A stretch of 64,000 nt of DNA from positions 6,124-70,123 of the forward strand of contig DYDA01000004.1 of assembly GCA_020718105.1 (NCBI GenBank). The letters run 5' to 3'. Every line of letters starts with the position of its first letter. Position 1 is the first letter of the stretch. The notes below the pieces were generated by a model. It was not told the DNA's origin. It did no database searches and saw only the letters and a list, made by a program, of their open reading frames with translations. This document shows, piece after piece, positions 1-9,466 of this stretch. The stretch is from Micavibrio sp. Its GTDB lineage: Bacteria; Pseudomonadota; Alphaproteobacteria; UBA9219. The translations under genes and the position numbers were made by a program.

Positions 1-204
1 TTTCTTGGGATTGTGAAGTGTATTCCAAGCGTCTTTAAGCGGCAGGTCTCCATCAAGGACAAGTTCGTCAAAGTACGATTGAGCAATCAAGGCAGACACA
101 TCTTCTTTCTCTAAATAATAGGTCAGAAAAGTTTTCCGAGAAAGAAGAAGGATGTCAGAAAATGTAACTGGCTTTTCCGTTTTGTGAGATTCTTGAGACA
201 TAAT
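1..204 (-). CDS. hypothetical protein, 3' end runs off window edge
   Basis: Minus-strand ATG at 204 (plus-strand CAT 202-204) opens a frame reading MSQESHKTEKPVTFSDILLLSRKTF... that stays open to position 1. No motif recognised. Confidence 0.3.
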   Translation of the reverse strand, partial: MMSQESHKTEKPVTFSDILLLSRKTFLTYYLEKEDVSALIAQSYFDELVLDGDLPLKDAWNTLHNPKK

Positions 205-269
205 ACGCCCCTGTAAAAAAGCTGGATTTACAGCTGATGTTGAAAAATAGTGGTGGTGTTAACGGTTAA

Positions 270-587
270 TCACGAAGGCTCAGATCGCCATTCTCGAAAT
301 TGTTCTTTAAAATGCTTTCTTATCGTGGTGCCTAAATTGGGATCGCCTGGGCCGCTGATAACATCCCATATGGCGCGCTCGTGCTTGTTCATACCTGCGG
401 GCGGCTGGATTGGGTTTTGTTTGCTCAGTTCAATCGCTTCTCTGGCAACCCGTTCAGCATTATCCAGATCCGCTTGGGTAAGATTGCCCAAAACGGGTTT
501 TTCATGATATTGCTGCGTTTTACGTTGATGCCGGTTGCTCATGGCGGTTCCTGTTGTTTTAATCTGTGTCGGCACATGATAGACCAT
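270..587 (-). CDS. hypothetical protein
   Basis: 105-aa ORF in the track with no recognisable motif. Same orientation as the downstream partial ORF. AT-rich putative promoter region lies upstream (600-790). Confidence 0.3.
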   Translation of the reverse strand: MVYHVPTQIKTTGTAMSNRHQRKTQQYHEKPVLGNLTQADLDNAERVAREAIELSKQNPIQPPAGMNKHERAIWDVISGPGDPNLGTTIRKHFKEQFREWRSEPS

Positions 588-790
588 TTGTCTTTCCTTT
601 CAAAAAGGTTTTCTTCTTTTGTGTTTTGAAGGTAGCAAAAAACGAAAAGAAAAATCAAGAAAAATCTTTACTTTCAATATGTTAACGGAATGTTAATTGG
701 AAAAGAAAGCGTTAAGAAAAAATGGTTTCCCTTGTTTTCTATGGCGAAAATAGATCATAGGAGAAGGCGAAAGGGTTCAGGCCTGCCCGG

Positions 791-1453
791 TTATCGCAAG
801 GAAGCGTAACTCGCTATTTTTTGGAGAACGCGGCTTGAAAAGCTTTTGGGCGACGAAGGCAGGGCGGGCAAGCTCGCGGTCGCCTTGAGGTGCTGCAAAA
901 ACGCATCGCTCGTTGATAAATGGACGCTGTTGATGGCGTCGCAGGTATGGATCAGCTTTTCTTGATGCCATTGAGGGCTTTGGCCTCTGGGTTCACAACA
1001 TTTGTCTGCCATAAGATCATAAAGAGCATAGACATCAAGCCCTACCTTACGCGCCCCAAGGATCGTATCCGCAACGCAAGCGCAAGTGTTCATGCCCGTT
1101 ATAATAACCTTCTGGCAATCTTTTTCTTGAAGCTCTTGGTAGAGAAGAGAGTTCCTTTCATAGTAAAAAGCATCATTGGCACATTTAACATAAATCGGTT
1201 CGTTTTCTTTGGGCTTCACCGCATCAAGCCCTAAGCCTTTTATAAGGGCGGGGGGTCTGATCGTCGGGGCAAAGGCAAAGGATTCTGTCTGGTTATAGGC
1301 GACCCAAATGGTGGAAATGTTATGGCGCTTTAATTTATTGGCAAAGGCGCGTTCTGCCTTGACAAAAAGGCTCCGTCGCTTCTGGGGCATGGCGTGATAA
1401 AAGCGCAATTGGACATCAATAGCCAGATGAACGGCGTTAAAGGCATTTTTCAT
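791..1453 (-). CDS. isochorismatase-family cysteine hydrolase
   Basis: Motif ITGMNTCACVADTILGARKVGLDVYALYD matches the isochorismatase/YcaC catalytic-Cys region. N-terminus NAVHLAIDVQLRF resembles the family's VIDMQNDF strand. Start moved to the internal MKNAF codon at 1453. Confidence 0.6.
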   Translation of the reverse strand: MKNAFNAVHLAIDVQLRFYHAMPQKRRSLFVKAERAFANKLKRHNISTIWVAYNQTESFAFAPTIRPPALIKGLGLDAVKPKENEPIYVKCANDAFYYERNSLLYQELQEKDCQKVIITGMNTCACVADTILGARKVGLDVYALYDLMADKCCEPRGQSPQWHQEKLIHTCDAINSVHLSTSDAFLQHLKATASLPALPSSPKSFSSRVLQKIASYASLR

Positions 1454-1617
1454 AATAACGTCCCTAAAAACAAAAGCCCCCTTTTTATACAATGGCGTTG
1501 ATGAAAGTAAAAAGGAAAAAGAGGATCCTGCGCCACCCTGTCGTTCTTGGCATAATCCTGTTTCCTTCGTCGTTAATATGGCTTATTTCTTTTGGGTGAT
1601 TCTTTTCCCATTTTACG

Positions 1618-4194
1618 GTGCGTTTTTTGACCCCCATGCCCAAGACTTTGTTCACAAAAGCTCCCCTCATCGCCGTTTTGGCGATGGTTCTGGTCTTTGC
1701 CATCGTCGCGGGGGCGGGGCTGGGGCTGGACTGGCCCCTTTTGCTTGCGGTGGCGGCCCTGGTTTTTGCCGCGGCTGAGGGTGTGGCGTTGTGGAGCCTG
1801 CGGAAAAAAGCAGGGTTGGATGCTCGGTTCCTTCGCCACCTGAAATTCGTCGCAGATCGTCTTCAAGCCACCTTGCGCCATGCACCCATGGGCTATTGCC
1901 TTTTTACGCCGCAAGGCCTTTTGCGTGAGGAGCAGGCGGTGGCCTCGCGCCTTGGTCTTGGAAAACTTACGCACATGGATGAGTTGATCGGCGCGATTAA
2001 GGACAGCGGCGCGTTTTTGGCCGCGTTTCGCAAGCTTCAAACGGCGGGCGAACCTTTTGTGCAGGACATTCATCCTGTGCACGGCGGTGGGCCTTTGCGT
2101 CTTTATGGGCAACGCTTTCGCATTGGGGTCGAGGGGCCGCATATCGATGGGCTCTGGTTTTGTGATTTAAAGGCGGACGACGCCGCTCTGCCCATGCCCG
2201 CCGTTGAGGAAACAGCAAAGAGCGCCTCGCCGCCTGCGGAAAAACCAGCGTCCTTGCTTGCGGCGGCGCCTTCCGGCGGCACAAGTTGCGCTGCGGCGCT
2301 CTCTTCCTCGTCGAAGGATGGCGTGGGCTCGTGTTTTGATGCGCTGCCGTTTCCTGTCTGGGGACGCAATGCGGCGCTTGAGCTGGTGGCGTGCAACAAG
2401 GCCTATGCCAATGTTTTGGAAAGCACGCCAGAGCGCGTTTTGGCGCATCAGCATGAATTGATGCCCCCGCCCTTTAAGGGCGGGCGCACGTTGGCCGCCG
2501 CTGTCTTGGCCAAGGGCGAGGCCATGGAAGTGCGCGATCACGCGGTAATGAGCAGCCAGCGGCGCTTGCTGCAAATTGTTGAACAGCCCTTTGTCAAAGA
2601 GAAGGATGACCCGCGCTCTGTTGTTCTTTTGGGGTTTGCCATCGATGTGACGGCGGAGGAGGAAAAAGGGGCTGAGCTTCGCCGCCATCTTGTTTTGTAT
2701 CATGAGGTGATGGAACATTTAAGCGCCGCTATTTGCGTGTACGATGCGGATAAAAGGTTGGCGTTTTATAATCGCGCCTATCAACGCCTATGGGAGGCGC
2801 AGGACGTCTTTTTGGACAGCAAGCCGATGTTCAGCGATGTTTTGGAAGATTTGCGCGCGCGTCGCCGCATCCCTGAACAAGTGGATTTTCAAAAATACAA
2901 AAAGGAGCAACTGGCGCTTTTCACCTCGCTGCTTGAGCCTCGTGAGGACGTGATCTATCTGCCCGATGAAACCAGCTTGCGCGTGATGGTCGCGCCGCAT
3001 CCGTTGGGCGGCCTTATGTATGTTTATGAAAATGTCACGGATCAATTGGCGTTGGAGACATCGTACAACACATTGATGGCGGTGCAGCGCGAGACGATTG
3101 ATAATTTGGCCGAAGGCATCGCCGTGTTTGGCCCCGACGGAAAGCTGCGCCTTTCCAACGCGGCGCTGGCGACGCTGTGGGATTTGCCAGAGGCGTTTTT
3201 AGAAACAGAGCCGCATGTTTCTGATTTCTTAGAGCAAGCCAAAACGCTTATTTCAACGGAAGATGATTGGGATGCGCGTAAGGCTGAGCTGGTGGGCAAG
3301 GCGCTTCATCGTATGCCACGGTCGGGACGCATGGGCCGAACCGATCAAAAGATTGTTGAGTTTTTGACGGTGCCGTTGCCTGATGGCTCGGTGCTGAACA
3401 GTTTCCTTGACGTTACCGATTCAGCCAAGGTGGAGCAAGCACTTCGCGCCAGCAACGCCGCGCTGGCCACGGCGGATCGTCTGAAATCCGATTTCGTCGC
3501 CAATGTGTCGTATCAGTTGCGCACGCCGCTTAACACCATTACGGGTTTTGCCGAAATTTTGGTGGAGCAGTATTTTGGCGCGCTTAATGAGCGGCAGATG
3601 GATTATACGGCGACGATCAAAACGGAAAGCGAAAAGCTTTCGCGCCTTATCAACAATGTTTTGGATTTGGCGACGATTGAAGCGGGGCGCATGACCTTAG
3701 ACCTTCAATCGGTCGGTGTGGCCGACATTTTGAACGACGCCAAAGCGATGACGGCTGAATGGGCGCGGCAGCAAGCGTTAGAAATTTTAATTGATTGCCC
3801 TTCAACGATGGGCGCGTTTGAGGTGGATGAACAGCGCGTCAAACAGGTTCTTTTCAACCTTATCAGCAACGCGATTAAATACACGCCTGCGGGTGGGCAT
3901 ATCGCGCTGGCCGCATGGCCACAGGACGAATGGGTCGTCATCAGCGTTTTGGACACGGGCGTTGGCATTCCCGAAGACGATCGCGAGCGCATCTTTGGCA
4001 AGTTTGAGCGTGCCAACGCGCATCTTCGCCAAGGCGGCGCTGGATTGGGCCTTAGCCTTGTCAAAAGCTTTGTCGAGTTACACGGTGGCCGCGTTGAGAT
4101 TTTCAGCGACGCAACGGATGGCACGCGCATCAGCTGCTTCTTTCCGCGTAAAGCGCCGAAAAAGGACGAGGCTCTCTTGATCGGTAAGGCGTAA
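1618..4194 (+). CDS. PAS-domain sensor histidine kinase
   Basis: Two N-terminal TM segments. HisKA H-box SYQLRTPLNTITGFAEIL. HATPase_c N/G boxes (LISNAIKYTPAGGHI, DTGVGIP, GGAGLGLSLVKSF). Sits before tsaE, as in many alphaproteobacteria. Confidence 0.85.
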   Translation: MRFLTPMPKTLFTKAPLIAVLAMVLVFAIVAGAGLGLDWPLLLAVAALVFAAAEGVALWSLRKKAGLDARFLRHLKFVADRLQATLRHAPMGYCLFTPQGLLREEQAVASRLGLGKLTHMDELIGAIKDSGAFLAAFRKLQTAGEPFVQDIHPVHGGGPLRLYGQRFRIGVEGPHIDGLWFCDLKADDAALPMPAVEETAKSASPPAEKPASLLAAAPSGGTSCAAALSSSSKDGVGSCFDALPFPVWGRNAALELVACNKAYANVLESTPERVLAHQHELMPPPFKGGRTLAAAVLAKGEAMEVRDHAVMSSQRRLLQIVEQPFVKEKDDPRSVVLLGFAIDVTAEEEKGAELRRHLVLYHEVMEHLSAAICVYDADKRLAFYNRAYQRLWEAQDVFLDSKPMFSDVLEDLRARRRIPEQVDFQKYKKEQLALFTSLLEPREDVIYLPDETSLRVMVAPHPLGGLMYVYENVTDQLALETSYNTLMAVQRETIDNLAEGIAVFGPDGKLRLSNAALATLWDLPEAFLETEPHVSDFLEQAKTLISTEDDWDARKAELVGKALHRMPRSGRMGRTDQKIVEFLTVPLPDGSVLNSFLDVTDSAKVEQALRASNAALATADRLKSDFVANVSYQLRTPLNTITGFAEILVEQYFGALNERQMDYTATIKTESEKLSRLINNVLDLATIEAGRMTLDLQSVGVADILNDAKAMTAEWARQQALEILIDCPSTMGAFEVDEQRVKQVLFNLISNAIKYTPAGGHIALAAWPQDEWVVISVLDTGVGIPEDDRERIFGKFERANAHLRQGGAGLGLSLVKSFVELHGGRVEIFSDATDGTRISCFFPRKAPKKDEALLIGKA

Positions 4195-4198
4195 GGCG

Positions 4199-4666
4199 AT
4201 GGCCGCGCCGCGCCTTCTTCCCCTTGCCGATTTGGCCGCGACGAAGGCTTTGGCTGTGCGCCTTGCGCCGCTTCTTCGCCGCCATGATGTCATTGCGCTG
4301 CGTGGCGCTTTAGGCGCAGGCAAAACAACCTTCGCGCAGTTTCTTTTGCAAGTGCTGGGCGTGCAAGGCGACATCACCAGTCCGACTTTTACATTGGCGC
4401 AGGTTTATGAAACGCCGCGCTTTCCCATTTATCATTTTGATTGGTATCGTTTGAAAACGCCGCAGGAGGTTGAGGAGCTTGGCTTTGATGAGGCCCTTGG
4501 CGATGGCGTTTGTGTGATCGAATGGCCAGAAAAAGCGGAAAGTTATTTGCCGCCTTCGCTTGGCGTTCTTTCTTTGCGTTTTGGCATGGACGCTGAGGCT
4601 GTGCGCTGTGTAACGATAGAGGCGGATGAGGCGTGGGCGCCGCGTCTTTTGGACGGGGGCGTGTGA
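4199..4666 (+). CDS. tsaE: tRNA threonylcarbamoyladenosine biosynthesis protein TsaE
   Basis: 155 aa with P-loop GALGAGKTTF and the conserved FDLYRL-like motif (HFDWYRL). Confidence 0.85.
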   Translation: MAAPRLLPLADLAATKALAVRLAPLLRRHDVIALRGALGAGKTTFAQFLLQVLGVQGDITSPTFTLAQVYETPRFPIYHFDWYRLKTPQEVEELGFDEALGDGVCVIEWPEKAESYLPPSLGVLSLRFGMDAEAVRCVTIEADEAWAPRLLDGGV

Positions 4667-5637
4667 TGGCGGATGAAAAAGCCCTCGACTTTTTTTTGCA
4701 AGGCGCGGGGTGGGGTGGGGCAAGGCGCTGCGCGGTCGCTGCCGATTTTTCTTCGCGCTGTTTTTATCGCCTGACCCGCGAGGGGGCAGAACCGACAAGC
4801 GCGATTTTGATGATCGCCGCGCCGGATCAGAAAACCAAAGAATTTGTTGCTCTCGCTGCTCTTTTACGCGGTCTTGGGCTTGCTGCGCCAGAGATTTATG
4901 CGGCGGACGTGGCGGCGGGCTTGGCGTTGATGCAAGATTTTGGCGAGGACAAAGTCGGGGGTCTTTTGGACGCTGGCCGCGACCCTGCGCTGTTTGATGC
5001 AGGCGCTGCGGCGTTGCTGGCACGGCTGCACAAAAACTTTTCACCAGCGCCTGTCCCTGCGGTGTCGTTCCCCCGTTTTGATGCCGCGCTGTTGGCTCAG
5101 CAAGCGGCGCTGTTTATCGATTTTGCTTTTTTGCGTGAGTCGGGGCGCTGTGCGACAGACGGTGAGCGCGAAGGTTTTATCGCGGCGTGGCAAGAGTCTC
5201 TTGCGCCGTTTGACGCGGCGCTGCCGCGCACATTGTTGCTGCGCGATTTTATGCCCGATAACGCGATGGTGTTAGAGCCTCCCGTGACAGAGCAGACCCT
5301 TGGCGTGATTGATTTTCAGGACGCAGGGATTGGCTCGCCCGCGTATGATCTTGCCTCGTGGTGCGAGGAGGTGAGGCGCGATGGCGGCCTTGCGCGGTTG
5401 CCCTCTTTTGTCGCGGCGTATCACGCGCTGCATCCTGTGGTGGATCAGCCTCTTTTGCTGCAAGCGGCGCGGGTTTATGCCGCGCAGCGTCACACGCGCA
5501 TTCTGGGGATTCTTGTTAAGGTGGGGCGCGAGGCGATGATTCCGCGCGTGACGGATGCGGTTCAATCGTTGTTGCAAGAGGAGGCTCTTGCGCCCGTGCG
5601 GCGTTGGGCAAAGGGTTGCGGGGTGATGGGGGCATGA
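4666..5637 (+). CDS. aminoglycoside phosphotransferase (APH)-family kinase
   Basis: Motif IDFQDAGIGSPAYDLASW is typical of the APH/choline-kinase fold. ATG at 4666 overlaps the tsaE stop (TGATG), so the two are translationally coupled. Confidence 0.7.
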   Translation: MADEKALDFFLQGAGWGGARRCAVAADFSSRCFYRLTREGAEPTSAILMIAAPDQKTKEFVALAALLRGLGLAAPEIYAADVAAGLALMQDFGEDKVGGLLDAGRDPALFDAGAAALLARLHKNFSPAPVPAVSFPRFDAALLAQQAALFIDFAFLRESGRCATDGEREGFIAAWQESLAPFDAALPRTLLLRDFMPDNAMVLEPPVTEQTLGVIDFQDAGIGSPAYDLASWCEEVRRDGGLARLPSFVAAYHALHPVVDQPLLLQAARVYAAQRHTRILGILVKVGREAMIPRVTDAVQSLLQEEALAPVRRWAKGCGVMGA

Positions 5638-6554
5638 CGACGGCTTTCCCTTTTCTGAGCGCTACGGGCATGGTGCTGGCGGCGGGCTTTGGTAAGCGGA
5701 TGCAGCCGTTGACTCTCACAACGCCCAAGCCGTTGCTGAAGGTAGGGGGGCGGGCGATGCTGGATCTTGCCATTGATCATTTGAAGGCGGCGGGGATCAC
5801 GCGGGTTGTCGTCAACGCGCATTATCTGGCGGATCAGGTGGCCGCGCATTGTGCTGGCATTACGGACAGCACCATCCTTTTATCGCGTGAAGATGAAATT
5901 CTAGAAACGGGCGGCGGCGTAAAAAAGGCGTTGAGGGCAGGGTTGTTTCAGTCCTCGTCATTGCGAGCGCAGCGAAGCAATCCAGCGCCGCGCGTCTGCG
6001 CGGTGTGTGAGTCTTATGCGCCGTGGACACGGCGCGGCTGGATCGCCACGCTTCGCTTTGCTTCGCTCGCGATGACGAAAATAATGAGGAAGGCTCAGAA
6101 AAAAAGTAAAATCAAAAAAGAAACAAACAAGCCCTTCTTTGTCCTTGCAGGCGATATGCCGATGACGGAGGGCGCGGCGCCTGCGCTGGCGCGGTTGGCG
6201 CAGGCGTGGAATCCCAAAACGATGGACGTTTTGCTGTTGGTGATGCCGCGTGATAAGGCGCGGGGCTTTTCCGGCAAGGGCGATTTTATGATGCGCGCCG
6301 ATGGCTCTTTGGCGCGGGCTGGTGTAGGCGGCGCGGCGCGGGATGTCGTTTTTATCTCGGCCATGATTGTGAATCCCGTCCTGTATGATGAGGTCAGTGA
6401 ACCCGCTTTTTCGAACAACGTGATTTTTGATTTAGCAGAATCGCGGGGGCGGTTGTTTGGCCTTGTCCATGACGGCGCATGCTATCACGTTGGCACGCCC
6501 GAAGATTTGGCCGAGGCGAACCGGCTTCTTGAAACGGGCGAGGGCTGGCGATGA
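5634..6554 (+). CDS. nucleotidyltransferase (MurU/NTP_transferase family) carrying an in-frame ~60-aa insertion
   Basis: N-terminus LAAGFGKRMQPLTLTTPKPLLKVGG is the classic G-x-G-x-R sugar-nucleotidyltransferase motif. A palindromic DNA element interrupts the reading frame between KKALRAGL and PFFVLAGD. ATGA overlap with the upstream gene. Confidence 0.75.
   Translation: MTTAFPFLSATGMVLAAGFGKRMQPLTLTTPKPLLKVGGRAMLDLAIDHLKAAGITRVVVNAHYLADQVAAHCAGITDSTILLSREDEILETGGGVKKALRAGLFQSSSLRAQRSNPAPRVCAVCESYAPWTRRGWIATLRFASLAMTKIMRKAQKKSKIKKETNKPFFVLAGDMPMTEGAAPALARLAQAWNPKTMDVLLLVMPRDKARGFSGKGDFMMRADGSLARAGVGGAARDVVFISAMIVNPVLYDEVSEPAFSNNVIFDLAESRGRLFGLVHDGACYHVGTPEDLAEANRLLETGEGWR
5957..6128. repeat. 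MITE/REP-like palindromic element inside the nucleotidyltransferase CDS
   Basis: Left arm GTCATTGCGAGCGCAGCGAAGCAATCCAGC (5957-5986) is the imperfect reverse complement of right arm GCTGGATCGCCACGCTTCGCTTTGCTTCGCTCGCGATGAC (6037-6076). Inner hairpin GCGCCGTGgacaCGGCGC. Followed by an A-rich tail to ~6128. Confidence 0.6.
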
Positions 6555-9466
6555 GCGGCGTTTTCACCATCTCTGCAGAGCGGTGTTTTGTAAGAACTTT
6601 GGCGCGTGGCTTGCTGATGCGTGCGGGCGGCGATCCGATGCGTCTTGCCTCTATGCAAATCTATTTGCCGACGCGCCGCGCTTGCCGCGCTTTGCGGCAA
6701 GCGTTTTTACAAGAAACAGAGGCTCGCGCTACGCTTTTGCCGCGTATGCAGCCGTTGGGCGATGTGGAAGAAGACGTGCTTGATTTTATGGACGCGGGCG
6801 CTTTGGACGACTTGCCTCCCGCCATTGAGCCGCTTCGCCGCCAAATGCTTTTAACGCAATTGATTGCGAAGAAAGATCCTGCCTTGCCCTTGGATCAGGC
6901 GGCGGCGTTGGCGCAGGCGCTGGCGGCGCTTTTGGATCAGGCGCAAACGACGGGTTGCGCCTTAACGCAGTTTGGCGCGCTGGTGGCCGACGATTATGCG
7001 CAGCATTGGCAAGAAACGCTTTCGTTTTTGGAAATCGTGACAGAGGCGTGGCCCAAGGTGTTGCTTGATGAAGGCTGTGTTGATCCAGCCTCGCGGCGCG
7101 TTGCGGTTTTGGATCGTCAAGCCAAGGCGTGGGAAGCCGCCCCACCTCTCCATCCGATTATCGTGGCGGGATCAACAGGCTCACAGCCCGCCGTTGGCCG
7201 CTTGATGAAAGTGATTGCCGCTTTGCCGCAAGGCGAGGTGATTTTGCCCGCGCTGGATTTATCGTTGGAAGAAGAGGCGTGGCAAGCGATTGGCGAGACG
7301 CATCCGCAATTCACGATGAAGGTGTGGTTGGACGAATCAGGCTTTAAGCGCGAGGTCGTGCGGGGGTGGGATGCTCTTTCTGATAAGCCTGCCGCGCCGC
7401 CACGCGTGCGCCTGTTGCAAGAGTCGCTACGTCCCGCCGAGGTCACGGAAAGCTGGCAACATCTGACACCGCATGCGATTCCGCCCGAAGCTTTTGCGGG
7501 GCTTGAGGTCTTGACATTGGATCATGCCCGCGAAGAGGCGGACGTGATCGCGCTGCGCCTTCGCGCCGCGTTGGAGGAAGACGGGAAAACGGCGGCGCTT
7601 GTCACGCCCGATCGCGCTTTGGCGGCGCGGGTTGCGGCGGCGCTCACGTGCTGGGGGTTGGAGGTCAATGATTCGGCGGGCACACTGCTGGATTTGTCGC
7701 CTGTGGGGCGTTTTTTGATCGATGCGTTTAAGGCCGCCGATGCTGGCGCTGGCGCGATAGAGTTTCTGACATTGCTTAAACACCCGCTGGCCGCGATGGG
7801 CTTGCCCTTAGCGCAAGGGCGCTCTTTGACGCAAGAGGTTGAAGTAAAACTATGGCGTGGGGTGCGCCGCGCAGATGGTTTGACAGGCCATGGCGCGTTA
7901 AGCGTGGAAGGCGATGCGTGGCTGGCGCGGCTTCATGCGCTGGTATCGCCTCTTTCGCAAAGCTGGCAGACGAAAAAGACGATTGCCGCATGGCTTGATG
8001 CGCATTTGGCGCTGGCCGAAGGGTTGGCGCAAAGCGAAAGCGACGTGGGCGCGGCACGTCTTTGGCGAGGAAGCGATGGTGAGGCAGCGGCGCTGGCGCT
8101 GGATGATTGGCGTGGCGCAAGCCATGATTTCATGGCCGTGACGGGGCGCGAGTATCTGGCGTTGTTTGAATCGCTTTTGCATCAGATAACTTTGCGCCCC
8201 ACCTATGGCCAGCACCCGCGTTTGCATATTCTGGGGCCTCTTGAGGCGCGTCTTTTACAGCATGACGTGATCATTTTAGGCGGCATGAATGAGGGCACAT
8301 GGCCCCCGCAAGCAACCCTTGATCCATGGCTCTCGCGGCCCATGAAAAAACAATTGGGCTTGCCTTTGCCGGAAAAGCGCATCGGGCTTAGCGCCCATGA
8401 CTTTGCGCAACTTGCCAGCGCCCCGCAAGTCATGATGACCCGCGCAAAGCGTGTGGGGGGCGCCCCTGCCGTTCCATCGCGTTTTTGGTTGCAGCTTGGC
8501 GCGGTCTTGCAAGCCGCAGGTTATGACAAAACGGCTTTAGCGCCTAGGCTCCCATGGCAAGCTTGGGCGCGAGGCATGGATGCGCCCACCGCGCAGCCCG
8601 CGCCTTTTGCGCCGCCGTGCCCTTGTCCTTGCCTTGCCTTGCGGCCTCAAAAACTTTCCGTTACGGAAATTGGCGTGTGGCTTAGCAACCCTTATGCGAT
8701 TTATGCCAAGCATATTTTAAAGTTGAAAAAGCTGGAGCCTATCGATGCCGACCCCGCGATGGCGGATTTTGGCACGATTGTTCACGGCGCTTTAGAGGCT
8801 TTTGTGCGGGGGGATGAGCTGACCCTTGATCGCTTGCTGACCTGTGGGCGCAAGGCGTTTGCGCCGTTTGAGGATAGGCCGCAGATTGCGGCGTTCTGGT
8901 GGCCGCGCTTTGAGCGCATAGCCGCATGGTTTGTGGCCAATGAAAAGGTGCGACGCGCCGCAGGGATCCTGCCCATGGCCGTTGAGGCGCGGGGCACCAT
9001 GGCTTTTGCGAACGGGCGGTTGACGTTGATAGGCCGCGCTGATCGGATCGATCGCCTTGCGGATGGAAGCGTTCAGATTATCGATTACAAGACGGGCACG
9101 CCGCCTTCGCGCACGAAAGTGCTGGCGGGGTATGAACCTCAATTAGCGCTGCTGGCTTTAATGGCGCAGGCGGGCGCGTTTGAGGAAGTGGCCGCTGCGT
9201 CTGTGACGTCTATGGCTTATTGGGCGCTGCAAGAAAAGGACGATAAAAAGAAAATCGTCGCTTTTGATCAAACAGCGGCGGCGCAATGCGACAAGGCGCA
9301 AGAAGGCCTTGATAATCTTATCACTGCTTTTGCCGATCCCGCCACGGCGTATGCGGCCGTGCCGCGCCCGCATGTTGCGCCCCGCTTTGACGATTACGCG
9401 CATTTGGCGCGGTTGGCCGAAGGCCTTGGGGAGCAAGGGCATGGTTCTGAAAGCGAGGGTGCATGA
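6551..9466 (+). CDS. addB: double-strand break repair protein AddB (alpha type)
   Basis: 971 aa immediately upstream of, and overlapping, addA. C-terminal RecB-family nuclease motif (IIDYKTG). No helicase Walker A, as in alphaproteobacterial AddB. Confidence 0.8.
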   Translation: MSGVFTISAERCFVRTLARGLLMRAGGDPMRLASMQIYLPTRRACRALRQAFLQETEARATLLPRMQPLGDVEEDVLDFMDAGALDDLPPAIEPLRRQMLLTQLIAKKDPALPLDQAAALAQALAALLDQAQTTGCALTQFGALVADDYAQHWQETLSFLEIVTEAWPKVLLDEGCVDPASRRVAVLDRQAKAWEAAPPLHPIIVAGSTGSQPAVGRLMKVIAALPQGEVILPALDLSLEEEAWQAIGETHPQFTMKVWLDESGFKREVVRGWDALSDKPAAPPRVRLLQESLRPAEVTESWQHLTPHAIPPEAFAGLEVLTLDHAREEADVIALRLRAALEEDGKTAALVTPDRALAARVAAALTCWGLEVNDSAGTLLDLSPVGRFLIDAFKAADAGAGAIEFLTLLKHPLAAMGLPLAQGRSLTQEVEVKLWRGVRRADGLTGHGALSVEGDAWLARLHALVSPLSQSWQTKKTIAAWLDAHLALAEGLAQSESDVGAARLWRGSDGEAAALALDDWRGASHDFMAVTGREYLALFESLLHQITLRPTYGQHPRLHILGPLEARLLQHDVIILGGMNEGTWPPQATLDPWLSRPMKKQLGLPLPEKRIGLSAHDFAQLASAPQVMMTRAKRVGGAPAVPSRFWLQLGAVLQAAGYDKTALAPRLPWQAWARGMDAPTAQPAPFAPPCPCPCLALRPQKLSVTEIGVWLSNPYAIYAKHILKLKKLEPIDADPAMADFGTIVHGALEAFVRGDELTLDRLLTCGRKAFAPFEDRPQIAAFWWPRFERIAAWFVANEKVRRAAGILPMAVEARGTMAFANGRLTLIGRADRIDRLADGSVQIIDYKTGTPPSRTKVLAGYEPQLALLALMAQAGAFEEVAAASVTSMAYWALQEKDDKKKIVAFDQTAAAQCDKAQEGLDNLITAFADPATAYAAVPRPHVAPRFDDYAHLARLAEGLGEQGHGSESEGA

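Noticed and set aside
1573-2718. Several long ORFs antisense or out of frame to the histidine kinase gene (1573-2142 -, 1997-2284 -, 2103-2399 -, 2167-2718 -)
   Set aside because: They lie entirely inside the well-supported kinase CDS. Their Arg/Ala/Pro-rich composition is typical of high-GC shadow ORFs and they carry no motifs.
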